DNA of 64,000 nucleotides from Gemmatimonadales bacterium (GCA_035759745.1 DASTUF010000068.1:20935-84934), one strand, 5' to 3'. Counted from the stretch's first letter, positions 1-9,963 are shown. Notes: generated by a model not told the origin, from the letters alone. Numbers and translations are program-made.

Positions 1-721
1 GCGCGGTGTCCCAATCCTCCAGCCGCACCACCACCTCGATCCGCTTCTGCTGTCGCACCGAGCGCACCCCGAAGAGCGACGGAATGTCGATGAGTCCGAT
101 GCCGCGAATTTCCATGTGGTGCGCCGCCAGTTCGTGGCCCTGGCCGATCAGCACCTCGGCGCCGCGGCGGGTGACCTGCACCACGTCGTCGGCTACCAGC
201 CGGTGGCCCCGCTCGACCAGGTCCAGCACGCACTCGCTCTTGCCAATGCCGGAGCGCCCCACGAACAGCAGGCCCACGCCGTACACGTCCGCCAGCGATC
301 CATGCAGGGTCTCGCGCGGAGCAAACGCCTCCTCGAGCAGCGGCTTGACCTGGCGATAAAACTCGGCGGTCTTGAGCTGGGTGCGGATCACCGGGATCCC
401 CCGGCTCCGCGCCAGCGCGAGCATGTCTTCCGGCACGTCCTGTCCCTTGGTGACGAACACCGCCGGCAAGTCGAAGCCGAAGAAGTTCTCCAGGGTACGG
501 CTCCGCTCGCCCTCGGCGAGCGTACCGAGATAGGTGATCTCGGTCTCGCCCAGGACATGGAGGCGCCCCGGCATGAAGCGGCTGGTGAACCCCGCCAGCG
601 CCAGTCCGGGGCTGGCGATCTCCGCCTCGGGTATCGGCCGGTCGAGCCCGACATCGCCGGTAAGCGACTCGAGCTTGAGGGGATCGCCGCGCCGCTGGAG
701 CAGCTCGCGCAGAGTGAGCAT
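1..721 (-). CDS. hprK: HPr kinase/phosphorylase, 3' end cut by the window edge
   Basis: My translation of the minus strand from the ATG at 719-721 gives MLTLRELLQRRGDPLKLESL...GVGLLFVGRSGIGKSECVLDLVERGHRLVADD...HMEIRGIGLIDI. This shows the HprK P-loop GxSGxGKSE and the signature region. The ATG overlaps the hpf stop (ATGA). This ORF is not in the supplied track because it runs off the edge. Confidence 0.85.
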   Translation of the reverse strand, partial: MLTLRELLQRRGDPLKLESLTGDVGLDRPIPEAEIASPGLALAGFTSRFMPGRLHVLGETEITYLGTLAEGERSRTLENFFGFDLPAVFVTKGQDVPEDMLALARSRGIPVIRTQLKTAEFYRQVKPLLEEAFAPRETLHGSLADVYGVGLLFVGRSGIGKSECVLDLVERGHRLVADDVVQVTRRGAEVLIGQGHELAAHHMEIRGIGLIDIPSLFGVRSVRQQKRIEVVVRLEDWDTA

Positions 722-1041
722 CAGATAGGTGCGGAGTCGGTGTGGCGTCCGGCGCGGAACCTTCCGGAATCGCGGCCCGCCTGCCGCCGGAGCCGTTCTT
801 CAGCGCGATCCAGTGCGGTGCGATGGTCGGGCCCGGTGCCGCTTGCCACCAGTAGCTCGCCGTGGGAAAGGTGCATCCGCAATTCCGCGGTGTAGTCGAT
901 GCCGTCCATTCCAAAGACGACGGCCGCATCCACCGGGCGGGACGCCATGAACCCGACCCGCTCGACGGCGGATGCTGCGCGGGCGCGCAGCTCGGGCGAA
1001 ATCTCGACCCGGCGGGCCGTGATGGTGGTTTCCATGGGCAA
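721..1041 (-). CDS. hpf: Ribosome hibernation promoting factor / sigma-54 modulation protein family (short form)
   Basis: 106-aa ORF MPMETTITARRVEISPELRARAASAVERV...YTAELRMHLSHGELLVASGTGPDHRTALDRAEERLRRQ, the typical RaiA/HPF pattern. It sits directly upstream of hprK. Confidence 0.8.
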   Translation of the reverse strand: MPMETTITARRVEISPELRARAASAVERVGFMASRPVDAAVVFGMDGIDYTAELRMHLSHGELLVASGTGPDHRTALDRAEERLRRQAGRDSGRFRAGRHTDSAPI

Positions 1042-1053
1042 CCTCCTCGCGGC

Positions 1054-2170
1054 TCAGCGGGAGCCGCTGATGATGTCGTTGAGGTGGGCCTCGGTCCGGG
1101 AAGCGGCGGCATCCCAGCTCAATCCTTCCGCGAACGCGCGCCCGCCGTCACCCAGACGGTTCACCAGGGCGACGTCGTCCACGAGTTCGAGCATCCGTGC
1201 CGCCAGCGCCGCCACGTCGCCGTGGGGGACCAGAAACCCGGTTCGGCCATCCTGCACCGAGTCACGGAGGCCCGGGCTGTCGGATGCGAGCGACGGCGTC
1301 CCGCAGGCTGCCGCCTCCACCACCGTAATGCCCCAGCCTTCCTTCGGTGAAGGAAATACGTTTGCCCACGCTGAGCGCAACAGGCGGAGCTTTTCGGCCT
1401 CGCTCACGAAGCCGTGGAATCGGACCGCGTCGGCCAGGCCGAGTTCGCGCGCCAGCACCTCGAGATCGGGGCGCGCGTCGCCATTTCCCGCAATATCGAG
1501 CCGGAGGCCCGAGTGCCGCTCGCGCGCCGTCGCCAGTGCCCTGAGCGCAAGGTCCACGCCCTTGTAGCGCTTCAGGCGACCGACGTACAGGAACGACGGC
1601 GGATCGCTGCGCGACACCGCCGGGTCGGGCCGGAAATGATCGGCGTCCACCCCGGGATGGATAACCCGCACCCGATCCCGCGGTACACCGCGCCGAACGA
1701 GGTCGTCCCGGGTGCTCTCGCTGATGGCATGAAACCCGGCGCGGCGGTAACACCACGGCAGTGGCCGCTCGGCCAGCCACACGGTCGCGGCCATGGGCCA
1801 CGACGCCTCCTGGAACGCGGTCTCGCCGAACAGGTGGGGGATGATGGCGCAGAACGGCAGCCGAGTCAGTGAGGGCAGGAACAGCGGGATCTTGTTGATG
1901 TCCTCGACCACGATGTCGGGTCGTTCCGCCTTGAGCGCGGCGCGCACCGCACCCCTGCCGTGGAGCGCGAAGCCGTTCCGGGTGCTGACGCGGGTGACGT
2001 CGAGCCCCTCCACCACGGCGCGCGGAACGCAGCCGGACCAGCCGGAGCAGACCATCCGCACCCGGTGGCCGCGTTCCACCAGCCGGCGGAAGATCTCGAA
2101 GACGTGGATCTCGGCGCCCCCGGCCTGGGGGTTCTCCCGGTCCAGCCAGTTGACGAGAAGAATGTTCACG
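1054..2170 (-). CDS. Glycosyltransferase, GT4/GT1-type (GT-B fold)
   Basis: Body of track ORF 1054..2415. The likely start is the GTG at 2168-2170 (VNILLVNWLDRENPQAGGAEIHVFEI...), just after the nusB stop. The C-terminal EGWGITVVEAAACGTPSLASDSPGLRDSV motif is typical of the family. Confidence 0.8.
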
Positions 2171-2179
2171 GCTGGAAGG

Positions 2180-2593
2180 TCAGAGCCGCCCGAGGTCGCG
2201 CGCCACCCGGTCCAGCACACCGTTGATGAACCCCGGCGCGCGCCGGTCGCCGAACCAGTGGGCCAGCTGCACCGCCTCGTCCAGCACCACCCGCGGCGGG
2301 GTGTGGTTCTCGACCAGCTCCTGGATCGCAAGGCGGAGAATGTTGCGTTCGACCACACCGATGCGGTCCAGCCGCCAGTTCTCGGCAGCGGCAGCGGCGT
2401 GGCGATCGAGTGCACTTCGGTTGGCCACCACGCGCGCGGCGAGGCCTTCAGCGAAATCCAGCACCGCCGGCTCGGGGCCGGTCAGCCGGGCGAGCCCGCT
2501 GGCCACACGGTCCACCGGCAGCCCGGAGCTCATCTCGATGGCGTAGAGCAGTTGCAGGGCCCGCGCGCGGCCCCGGCTTTCGAGTCTACGCAT
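2180..2593 (-). CDS. nusB: Transcription antitermination factor NusB
   Basis: 137 aa. RARALQLLYAIE...ERNILRLAIQEL...PPRVVLDEAVQLA...GFINGVLDRV is the canonical NusB pattern. It follows ribH, as in many bacteria. Confidence 0.9.
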   Translation of the reverse strand: MRRLESRGRARALQLLYAIEMSSGLPVDRVASGLARLTGPEPAVLDFAEGLAARVVANRSALDRHAAAAAENWRLDRIGVVERNILRLAIQELVENHTPPRVVLDEAVQLAHWFGDRRAPGFINGVLDRVARDLGRL

Positions 2594-3059
2594 TTCCGGC
2601 CCGCAGTCGGTTCAGCACGTCGGTGGCGCGAATGGCGGCCTCTGCCGCCTCACGCCCCTTGTTGCCTGCGGCTCCGCCCGCCCGCTCGAGCGCCTGCTCC
2701 ATGGTGTCCACCGTGAGCACGCCGAACGCCACCGGCAGGGCGTAGCGTACCGAAATCTGCATGAGCCCACGCGCGCACTCGCCGGCCACGAACTCGAAGT
2801 GGGGAGTGTCGCCCCGGATCACCGCACCCAGCGCGATCAGCGCCGCATACCGGCCCGACTGGGCCATGGCGCTCGCCACGGCCGGAAGGTCGAAGGCACC
2901 GTCGACCCAGTTGATCTCGAGCTCGGCCTCGGGCGTGCCGGCTTCGCGGCACGCTTCCCGCGCACCATCCAGCAGCCGGCGGGTGATGAGCTCGTTGTAG
3001 CGGCTCACCACCACCCCGATGCGCCCCACATGGAGCAGCTGCCCCTCGCGTTCGATCAC
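2586..3059 (-). CDS. ribH: 6,7-dimethyl-8-ribityllumazine synthase
   Basis: 157 aa. Motifs: IGVVVSRYNELIT, VDGAFDLP, ALGAVIRGDTPHFEFVA, GVLTVDT. Confidence 0.95.
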   Translation of the reverse strand: MIEREGQLLHVGRIGVVVSRYNELITRRLLDGAREACREAGTPEAELEINWVDGAFDLPAVASAMAQSGRYAALIALGAVIRGDTPHFEFVAGECARGLMQISVRYALPVAFGVLTVDTMEQALERAGGAAGNKGREAAEAAIRATDVLNRLRAGNA

Positions 3060-3063
3060 GATA

Positions 3064-4269
3064 TCAGAACGTCAGCAAGTGGCCGAGCTTGTCGCGCTTG
3101 GCGTCGAGGTACAGGCGATTTTCGGCGGTTGGACTGGCGATCAGCGGCACCCGCTCCACGATCTCGAGCCCGTAGCCATCGAGGCCCACGAGCTTGCGCG
3201 GGTTGTTGGTCATGACCCGAATGGTGGAGAGCCCCACATCGCGAAGGATCTGGGCGCCGATGCCGTAATTGCGGAGGTCGGGTGCAAAACCGAGCCGCTG
3301 GTTGGCTTGCACCGTATCGTCGCCCGAGTCCTGAAGTGAATAGGCCTTCAGCTTGTTGAGCAGGCCAATGCCGCGGCCTTCCTGGTCGAGATAGACGATC
3401 ACGCCCGCGCCTGCCTCGCCGATCTTCTCCATGGCCGCGTGCAGCTGGAAGCCGCAGTCGCACCGTTGCGACCCGAACACGTCGCCGGTGAGGCACTTCG
3501 AATGCATCCGGACCAGCACGTCGGGCTTGCCGCGGACATCGCCCATGACCAGCGCCACGTGCTCCGCGCGGTCAACGTCGTTGCGATACCCGAGGACCCT
3601 GAACTCGCCGTAGGGAGTGGGAAGCCTGGCCTCGGCCACCCGATGCACCAGCTGCTCGGTGGCCAGCCGGTGCGCCACCAGCTGGGCCACCGTCACGAAC
3701 GTCAGGCCGTGCCGCTCGGCGAACGCATGCAACTCGGGCACCCGGGCCATCGTGCCATCAGCGTTGAGGATCTCGCAGATCACGCCGGCCGGGTACAGCC
3801 CCGCCATTCGAGCGAGGTCCACTGCCGCCTCCGTGTGCCCTACCCGCTGCAGCACCCCACCGGCGCGCGCGCGCAGCGGCGGGATGTGCCCCGGCCGGCG
3901 CAGGTCGCCCGGACGCGTCTCAGGGTTGATGGCAACATGGATGGTGGACGCGCGATCGCCAGCCGAGATGCCCGTCGTCACCCCGAACCGCCGGTCGGCG
4001 TCGATGGTGATGGTGAAGGCGGTGCCGTGCTCCTCTGTATTGCGTTCCACCTGCTGCGGCAGTCCCAGTTCGTCGCAGCGCTCGGCGGTGAGCGCCAGGC
4101 ACACCAGCCCGCGTCCCTCGGTGGCCATGAAGTTGACCATCTCGGGCGTGACCAGCTCGGCCGCGCAAATGAGGTCACCCTCGTTCTCGCGGTCCTCGTC
4201 GTCCGCCACGACGATCATCCTGCCGTTCCGCAGGTCCTCGATGGCCTGCGTGATGCTGCCGAGCGCCAT
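3064..4269 (-). CDS. ribBA: Bifunctional 3,4-dihydroxy-2-butanone-4-phosphate synthase / GTP cyclohydrolase II
   Basis: 401 aa. RibB-type motifs [16 protein letters not shown] and [14 protein letters not shown], then RibA-type motifs [21 protein letters not shown] and [11 protein letters not shown]. Confidence 0.95.
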   Translation of the reverse strand: MALGSITQAIEDLRNGRMIVVADDEDRENEGDLICAAELVTPEMVNFMATEGRGLVCLALTAERCDELGLPQQVERNTEEHGTAFTITIDADRRFGVTTGISAGDRASTIHVAINPETRPGDLRRPGHIPPLRARAGGVLQRVGHTEAAVDLARMAGLYPAGVICEILNADGTMARVPELHAFAERHGLTFVTVAQLVAHRLATEQLVHRVAEARLPTPYGEFRVLGYRNDVDRAEHVALVMGDVRGKPDVLVRMHSKCLTGDVFGSQRCDCGFQLHAAMEKIGEAGAGVIVYLDQEGRGIGLLNKLKAYSLQDSGDDTVQANQRLGFAPDLRNYGIGAQILRDVGLSTIRVMTNNPRKLVGLDGYGLEIVERVPLIASPTAENRLYLDAKRDKLGHLLTF

Positions 4270-4295
4270 TCAGTCCGTCCGTTGTTCGCGCCGTG

Positions 4296-4901
4296 TCAGG
4301 CCGGTGTGGCGCCGGGCGTCCGGCGCAGCATGGCCTGCACATACTTGCCGACAAGATCCGCTTCCAGGTGCACCACGTCGCCGGCCTTGCGATCTCCGAG
4401 CGTGGTGTGCTCAAAGGTAAAGGGTATCAGCGATACCTGGACTACACCGGGCGACGGGATGGCATTGACCGTCAGGCTCACGCCGTCCACGGTGATGCTG
4501 CCGAGTGGGACCGTCACGTCCGCCACCGCGTCAGGCACCCGAATGTCGAACAGCCGGGTGTCGTCGCGCTGCGAAGTTCCGACAATCGTGCCGACACCGT
4601 CCACATGCCCCTGCACCAGGTGGCCCCCCAGGGCTTCACCCGCTCGCAGCGCGCGCTCGAGATTGACCCGGTCGCCTGGCGTGAGACTCCCCAGCGTTGT
4701 GCGCTCGAGCGAGGTCTGCACCACGTGCACCTGGAAGCCGCCGGAAATCACCTGCTCCACCGTGAGGCAGGCGCCGTTTACTGCGATGCTCTCGCCCCGC
4801 TCGATGCCGGACCACGGCACCGCAACCCCCAGGTCGCGTCCGCCACCGCGCTCGCCAACCTGCATCACGGTGCCGACAGCACTCACCAATCCGGTGAACA
4901 T
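4296..4901 (-). CDS. ribE: Riboflavin synthase (alpha chain)
   Basis: Internal ATG at 4899-4901 of track ORF 4296..5285 gives [12 protein letters not shown]...NGACLTVE...[12 protein letters not shown]...DGVSLTVN (201 aa). This ATG overlaps the ribD stop. The upstream extension in the track has no homology signal. Confidence 0.9.
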   Translation of the reverse strand: MFTGLVSAVGTVMQVGERGGGRDLGVAVPWSGIERGESIAVNGACLTVEQVISGGFQVHVVQTSLERTTLGSLTPGDRVNLERALRAGEALGGHLVQGHVDGVGTIVGTSQRDDTRLFDIRVPDAVADVTVPLGSITVDGVSLTVNAIPSPGVVQVSLIPFTFEHTTLGDRKAGDVVHLEADLVGKYVQAMLRRTPGATPA

Positions 4902-5974
4902 CAGGTGCGATCCAGTACCAGGAGAGTGTCCTGACCCAGCGGAGCGCGCTGCACCACGTGCCACCTCGGGGAAGCCTGGAGCGACACGGCGGGCAGGCTC
5001 CATGCAGCGAGCGCGTCCGCGCCAAGGAACAACGGGCTCTGGATCCAGTAGTACCGATCCACCAGGTCGTCGGTTGCCAGGGACGTGGCCAGTCCAGCCC
5101 CCCCTTCCACCAGCAGCGAACGCAGGCCCAGGCTGTGGAGTTCCTTCAACCCCTCCGCGGTGGACCCGGCGTAAACCACGCTGGCTCCGGCGGCCGTCAG
5201 CTCGGCCGCCTTGCTGGTTCCTTCCTGCTCCGGCGCGGCGACAACGATGACCGGCACCTGCTGCGCGCTCTCCACCAGGGCGCAATCGAGAGGCAGCCGA
5301 AGCTTGCGGTCAAAGACTACCCGACGCGGGGCGATGCGGGGAGCGAGCGGCCCACGCACAGTGAGAGACGGGTCATCCCGGAGCGCGGTCGTGCTCCCGA
5401 CCGCGATGGCGTCGAAGCCGGCGCGCAACCAGTGGGCCCACGCGCGGGCCTCGGCGCCGGACACCCACCGGGAGGCACCGCTGCCGTCGGCGATGGCGCC
5501 ATCGACACTGGTGGCCAGCTTCACGGCGATCCAGGGTCGCTGTGCGCCGCTCGCAGCATGCAGGAACGCGGCGTTGAGCCGAGCAGCCTCGGTCTCGAGC
5601 AATCCGGTCGAGACATCCACTCCAGCCGCGCGCAGGCGAACGATCCCGCCCGCCGCAACCGGATTCGGATCGTGAATCGCCGCGACCACCCGGCGCACGC
5701 CCGCACTGATGATCGCGTCGGTGCACGGCGGCTGCCTGCCCTGATGGTTGCACGGCTCCAGCGTCACCACCAGCGTTGCACCACGCACCGCATCAGCGGC
5801 GGCCTCCAGCGCTGCGGGCTCGGCGTGCCGCTCACCGAATTCCGCGTGCCACCCCTCGCCCACGACTCGCTCGCCCTGCAGCACTACGGCGCCGACCATG
5901 GGATTGGGGTGCACCCGGCCCCAGCCTCGTCGGGCCAGTTCCAGTGCCCGCTCCATAGCGCCGCGTTCGTCCAC
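4901..5974 (-). CDS. ribD: Bifunctional diaminohydroxyphosphoribosylaminopyrimidine deaminase / 5-amino-6-(5-phosphoribosylamino)uracil reductase
   Basis: 357 aa. Deaminase zinc motif HAEPAAL...TLEPCNHQGRQPPC, followed by a reductase domain. Confidence 0.95.
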   Translation of the reverse strand: MDERGAMERALELARRGWGRVHPNPMVGAVVLQGERVVGEGWHAEFGERHAEPAALEAAADAVRGATLVVTLEPCNHQGRQPPCTDAIISAGVRRVVAAIHDPNPVAAGGIVRLRAAGVDVSTGLLETEAARLNAAFLHAASGAQRPWIAVKLATSVDGAIADGSGASRWVSGAEARAWAHWLRAGFDAIAVGSTTALRDDPSLTVRGPLAPRIAPRRVVFDRKLRLPLDCALVESAQQVPVIVVAAPEQEGTSKAAELTAAGASVVYAGSTAEGLKELHSLGLRSLLVEGGAGLATSLATDDLVDRYYWIQSPLFLGADALAAWSLPAVSLQASPRWHVVQRAPLGQDTLLVLDRT

Positions 5975-5992
5975 CCGCCGCTCCCGATGGGC

Positions 5993-7024
5993 TCAGGGAC
6001 CGAACGTGACGGCCCGCTCACCGGCGCGGACGTCGCCCATGACCCACGTGTCGACGCCCTGCTTCGAGGCGGCCACCTGGGCTCCCGCTACCGCATCGGC
6101 CGGAAGCACCGCGATGAGGCCGACGCCGAGGTTGAACACCTCGCGCATCTCGGCATCGTCCACCCTACCGGCCTGCTGCAGCAGCTCGAAGAGCGGCGGC
6201 AGTTCCCAGGAGTGCGGGTCGATGAACGCCTGGACTCCTTCGGGCAGCACCCGGACCAGGTTGCCACCGATGCCGCCGCCGGTGATGTGGGCCAGGCCGT
6301 GAATGCTGCCGAGCACGGGAAAGACCGACGCGGCGTAGCTGCGATGCACCGCGAGCAATGCATCGGCGGTCTGCATGCCGGTATCGCCCAGCAGACCCTC
6401 GAGGCTCAGGTGCATCCGATCGAACAGAATGCTCCGCGCCAGCGTGTAGCCATTGGTGTGAAGACCGGTCGAGGCGTAGGCCAGCAGCGCGTCGCCGGCC
6501 ACGATCCTGTCGCCATGGATGGCTTCGCCCTCCTCGACCACGCCAATGATGGTCCCGGCAAGGTCGAAATGGCCCTGCTGGTACAGGCCCGGCATCTGGG
6601 CGGTCTCGCCGCCGGCAAGCGCCATGTCATGGGCACGGCAAGCCCGCGCCACTCCCTCGACGATCCCGGCGACCTCGTCGATGCCGAGCCCGGCGCCGGC
6701 GATGTAGTCCATGAACGCAATGCCGCGCGCACCATGCACCAGGATGTCGTTGACGCTGTGATTGACGAGATCCTCGCCCACGGTGTCGAAGCGCCCGGCC
6801 TGCTGCGCCAGCAGCACCTTGGTGCCCACCCCATCGGTACTCATGACCAGCACCGGCTGCTTCATCCCAGCGGGCACCCGCACCATCCCGCCGAACGCGC
6901 CCACCTCGCCCAGCGACAGCGACGTGCGGGTGCCGGACACCGCAGCGCCAATGCGGGCCTTGGCGGCTTCCGCGCCGGCCAGGTCGACGCCCGCCGACGC
7001 GTACTGGCTGGCGGGCTTGTTCAT
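5993..7024 (-). CDS. purM: Phosphoribosylformylglycinamidine cyclo-ligase (AIR synthetase)
   Basis: 343 aa. Motifs YASAGVDL, STDGVGTK, DLVNHSVNDI and AHITGGG. Confidence 0.95.
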   Translation of the reverse strand: MNKPASQYASAGVDLAGAEAAKARIGAAVSGTRTSLSLGEVGAFGGMVRVPAGMKQPVLVMSTDGVGTKVLLAQQAGRFDTVGEDLVNHSVNDILVHGARGIAFMDYIAGAGLGIDEVAGIVEGVARACRAHDMALAGGETAQMPGLYQQGHFDLAGTIIGVVEEGEAIHGDRIVAGDALLAYASTGLHTNGYTLARSILFDRMHLSLEGLLGDTGMQTADALLAVHRSYAASVFPVLGSIHGLAHITGGGIGGNLVRVLPEGVQAFIDPHSWELPPLFELLQQAGRVDDAEMREVFNLGVGLIAVLPADAVAGAQVAASKQGVDTWVMGDVRAGERAVTFGP

Positions 7025-7941
7025 GTGAGCCGCTCCGCCATGTCCACCTGGGTCAGTTCCCGGAAGGCACGGGCACGGTCCTCGACGTCCGACAGCGTGA
7101 GCGACTCGAAACCGCGGATGCCGAACTGGCTGACCGCGAAGGAACCCATGGTGGCGCCGTAGATCATCGCCCGCCGAAGTTCGACATTCTCGGTGGATCC
7201 GGCTCGCGCGAGATAGGCCATGAAGCCGCCCGCAAACGCGTCGCCGGCGCCGGTCGGGTCGAAGACTTCCTCCAGAGGGTAGGCCGGGACGTAGAAAGTG
7301 TTCTCGTGGTCCATGAGCAGCGCACCGTACTCACCCTGCTTGATGACCACGCGGTCGGGGCCGTGGCGCAGGATCCAGCGCCCCGCGCGGTGGATGTTCC
7401 AGTCACCGGAGAGCTCGCGCGCCTCGCCATCGTTGACCATCAGGACATCCACCTGCTCCAGCAGCCGCATCAGCGACGGCTTCTTGCCCTGGATCCAGTA
7501 ATTCATTGTGTCGCAGGCCACCAGCTTCGGCTGATGCACCTGCTCCAGGACGCGAAGTTGCAGCTCGGGGTCGATGTTTCCCAGGAACACATACTCGGCG
7601 TCGCGAGTGGCCGGCGGCAGCTTGGGCTGGAAGTCGGCGAACACGCCGAGGCGGGTCTCGAGGGTCTCCCGGCTCTGCAGGTCGTAGGAGTACTTCCCCT
7701 TCCAGCGGAAGCTTTCGCCCTTCGCTCGCTCCACCCCGCTCCAGTCGATGCCCCGCGGTGCCAGCTTCTCGAGCAATGGCATCGGATAGTCCTGGCCCAC
7801 GACGCCCACCACGGTCACCGGGTGGAGCAGCGCGCCAGCCACGCTGAAGTACACGGCCGAGCCACCCAGCGCATCAGCCGTCTCGCCGAACGGGGTAAAG
7901 ATCGAATCCAGTGCCACACTGCCAACCACGAGCAGGCTCAT
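7021..7941 (-). CDS. PfkB-family carbohydrate/nucleoside kinase
   Basis: Internal ATG (MSLLVVGSVALDSI...) of track ORF 7021..8055, lying 4 nt after the argS stop. PfkB C-terminal signature DPTGAGDAFAGGF. Substrate unknown. Confidence 0.8.
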   Translation of the reverse strand: MSLLVVGSVALDSIFTPFGETADALGGSAVYFSVAGALLHPVTVVGVVGQDYPMPLLEKLAPRGIDWSGVERAKGESFRWKGKYSYDLQSRETLETRLGVFADFQPKLPPATRDAEYVFLGNIDPELQLRVLEQVHQPKLVACDTMNYWIQGKKPSLMRLLEQVDVLMVNDGEARELSGDWNIHRAGRWILRHGPDRVVIKQGEYGALLMDHENTFYVPAYPLEEVFDPTGAGDAFAGGFMAYLARAGSTENVELRRAMIYGATMGSFAVSQFGIRGFESLTLSDVEDRARAFRELTQVDMAERLT

Positions 7942-7945
7942 CGGG

Positions 7946-9583
7946 TCACATCCGGTCAGGAGCGGAAAGGCCAAGGATGCCGAGCCCGTTGGCGAGCACG
8001 GTACGCGCAGCCCGGGCCAGGAGGAGGCGGTTCTGTTCGATGGGCGCGGCCTCACCCACGGTGCGGGTGTGGTGGTACCAGCCGTGCACCGTGGTGGCGA
8101 GCTCCTCGAGATAGACGCAGACCCGGTGCGGCTCCGACTCGCGCGCCGCCCGCGACACCAGCCCGGGAAACGCCGTGAGCTTCTTGAGCAGCTCGAGGTC
8201 CTGCGGCGCCGGCAGCCCCGCGAGGTCGGGCGTGCCGGTGGCGGCGGATGGATCCATCCCGGCGGTGCGGAAGATGCCCGACAGCCGCGCGTGCGCCATC
8301 TGGACGTAGAACACCGGATTCTCGTCGGTCTGCCGGGTGGCGAGCTCGACGTCGAAGACCAGGTGGCTGTCCGCCTTGCGCATCAGGAAGAAGTATCGCG
8401 CCGCGTCGGTGCCGGTCTCCGTAAAGAGGTCACGCAGGGTGATGAAGGTCCCGGCACGCTTCGACATCTTCACCTCTTCCCCGCTGCGCACCACCTTCAC
8501 CAGCTGGACCATCGCGATCTCGAACTGCCGCTCGTCATGCCCCAGCGCCCGCATGGCGGCGCGCATCCGGGGGATGTAGCCGTGATGGTCGGCACCCCAG
8601 ACGTCGATCAGCCGCTGAAAGCCGCGGCTGAACTTGTCGATGTGATAGGCGATGTCGGGGAGGAAGTAGGTGTAGGTCCCGTCGCTCTTGCGGAGCACCC
8701 GATCCTGGTCGTCGCCAAAGTCGGTGGTGCGGAACCAGAGCGCCCCGTCCTTCTCGAACGTCAGTCCCTTGGCATCGAGTTCGTCCAGGGCGGCCGCCAC
8801 CGCGCCGCGGTCGTACACCGCCTGCTCACTGGAGAAGACATCGAAACGCACCCCGAAGTCGGCGAGGTCGCGGTCCTGCTCCGAGCGCTGCAACGCGATG
8901 CCCCGCGCCCGCGCCCGCGCCATGCCCGCCTCGGGGGCGAGGTCGGCGAAGGTGGCGCCCTCGTCGGCCAGCAGCGTGGCGGCGTTCTCCCGCAGGTACT
9001 CGCCGTGGTACCCGCCCTCGGGCACCTGGCCCTCGCGTCCCACCGCCTCCTGCACCCGGGCCCAGAGGCTCTCGCCCAGGCGGTCGATCTGGGCACCGGC
9101 GTCGTTGACGTAGAACTCGCGCGTCACTTCGTGCCCGGTCCACTCCAGCAGCGAGCTGATCGCGTCACCCAGGGCCGCGCCCCGGCCGTGGCCCACGTGC
9201 AAGGGGCCGGTGGGATTGGCCGAGACGAACTCGACGTTGACCGTGATGCCGCGGCCCTCATCGCTGCGCCCGTACGCGGGGCCGGCGGCGATGATCGAGG
9301 CGAGCGCATCGGTGAGGTGGCTCTCGGAGAGCCAGAAGTTGATAAAGCCGGGACCCGCGACCTCGGTGCGGGCAATGAGGCCGGCCGGCGCGGCGAGGAC
9401 CTTGAGAAGCTCCGCGGCGATCGCGCGCGGATTGGCCCGGCGGGCTTTGGCGACGACCAGCGCGAGGTTGGTGGCGAGGTCCCCGTGGGTGGGGTCGCGG
9501 GGGCGCTCCACAACGAAGTCGGCGCCGGGATGTCCCAGCGCCGCTGCCGCGTCCTCCAGCGCCGAGCGGAGGAGGTCGCTCAC
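7946..9583 (-). CDS. argS: Arginine--tRNA ligase
   Basis: 545 aa. Class I HIGH-type motif PTGPLHVGHGRGA and an MSKRAG (KMSKS-like) motif. C-terminal anticodon-binding region, ending in DRM. Confidence 0.95.
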   Translation of the reverse strand: MSDLLRSALEDAAAALGHPGADFVVERPRDPTHGDLATNLALVVAKARRANPRAIAAELLKVLAAPAGLIARTEVAGPGFINFWLSESHLTDALASIIAAGPAYGRSDEGRGITVNVEFVSANPTGPLHVGHGRGAALGDAISSLLEWTGHEVTREFYVNDAGAQIDRLGESLWARVQEAVGREGQVPEGGYHGEYLRENAATLLADEGATFADLAPEAGMARARARGIALQRSEQDRDLADFGVRFDVFSSEQAVYDRGAVAAALDELDAKGLTFEKDGALWFRTTDFGDDQDRVLRKSDGTYTYFLPDIAYHIDKFSRGFQRLIDVWGADHHGYIPRMRAAMRALGHDERQFEIAMVQLVKVVRSGEEVKMSKRAGTFITLRDLFTETGTDAARYFFLMRKADSHLVFDVELATRQTDENPVFYVQMAHARLSGIFRTAGMDPSAATGTPDLAGLPAPQDLELLKKLTAFPGLVSRAARESEPHRVCVYLEELATTVHGWYHHTRTVGEAAPIEQNRLLLARAARTVLANGLGILGLSAPDRM

Positions 9584-9879
9584 TCGGCGGCCTTCTTCGC
9601 GGGTGGCTTGGTGTCAGGCTTGGTGGACTTGGACTCGCTCTTGGAGTCGGGCTTGCTGTCCGAGCTGGACTCGACCGGTGCCTTGCGCGGGCCCTTGCCG
9701 TCCTTGCCGTAGTCGGTGATGTAGAAACCGGTGCCCTTGAAGACCAGCCCCGCTCCCCCCGAAATCTGCCGGACCGCCGCGCGCTTGCAGACCGGGCACC
9801 GGGCCCCAGGGCGAGCGGACATCTTCTGGAACTTCTCAAACTCGTGCCCCGCCGGGCAGACGTACTCGTAAGTCGGCAT
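9580..9879 (-). CDS. FmdB-family zinc-ribbon protein (CxxC...CxxC) with a Ser/Lys/Pro-rich tail
   Basis: 99 aa. MPTYEYVCPAGHEFEKFQKMS....CPVCK is the FmdB/CxxC_CxxC_SSSS pattern. Overlaps the argS start by 4 nt. Confidence 0.8.
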   Translation of the reverse strand: MPTYEYVCPAGHEFEKFQKMSARPGARCPVCKRAAVRQISGGAGLVFKGTGFYITDYGKDGKGPRKAPVESSSDSKPDSKSESKSTKPDTKPPAKKAAE

Positions 9880-9963
9880 GGATCCTTGAGATGGCTAACC
9901 GTCGATAACACGTAAAGTTAGCCGCTTCCGAAGCGGTCTTCAAGCTGTGCCGGTTTGGAATTC

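Noticed and set aside
116-895. Plus-strand ORFs at the left edge (6..359, 116..895, 534..728).
   Set aside because: They are antisense to a minus-strand frame that translates into an unmistakable HPr kinase (GRSGIGKSE P-loop and more). They are typical high-GC shadow ORFs with Arg/Ala/Pro-rich nonsense composition.
1054-2415. Longest-ORF starts for several genes: GT 2415, ribE 5285, pfkB 8055, miaB 16919, lipoprotein 19540, mazG 21785, PQQ 23633, recG 28257, murG 38302, murE 44643, rsmH 47621, TPR 49599, mglA 59158, mglB 60209, Roadblock 60106, PATAN 56607.
   Set aside because: In each case the extension overlaps the upstream gene or a tRNA, has Arg/Gly/Pro-rich junk composition, and ends at an internal ATG or GTG. 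That internal start coincides with the upstream stop codon and with the start of family-typical sequence. The shorter starts were used.
4270-4295. Search for an FMN riboswitch or other leader inside the rib operon (the ribE/ribBA gap) and upstream of ribD.
   Set aside because: The gaps are only 26 and 18 nt, which is too short for any known riboswitch. This is reported as an absence in the findings rather than as a feature.
3439-7162. Very long plus-strand ORFs (3439..5250, 603 aa; 4958..7162, 734 aa) across the rib/purM region.
   Set aside because: The opposite strand encodes ribBA, ribE, ribD and purM with full motif sets. The plus-strand translations are low-complexity (R/A/G/P-rich) with no recognisable domain. 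In GC-rich DNA, stop-free antisense frames are expected.
9893-9936. Small hairpins in the FmdB upstream region (ggctaac...gttagcc at 9893-9924; ccgcttccgaagcgg at 9922-9936) as a possible terminator of the GxxExxY gene or a regulatory element.
   Set aside because: The stems are only 5-7 bp, the loops are suboptimal and there is no clear U-tract. That is too weak to annotate without folding energies or transcript data.
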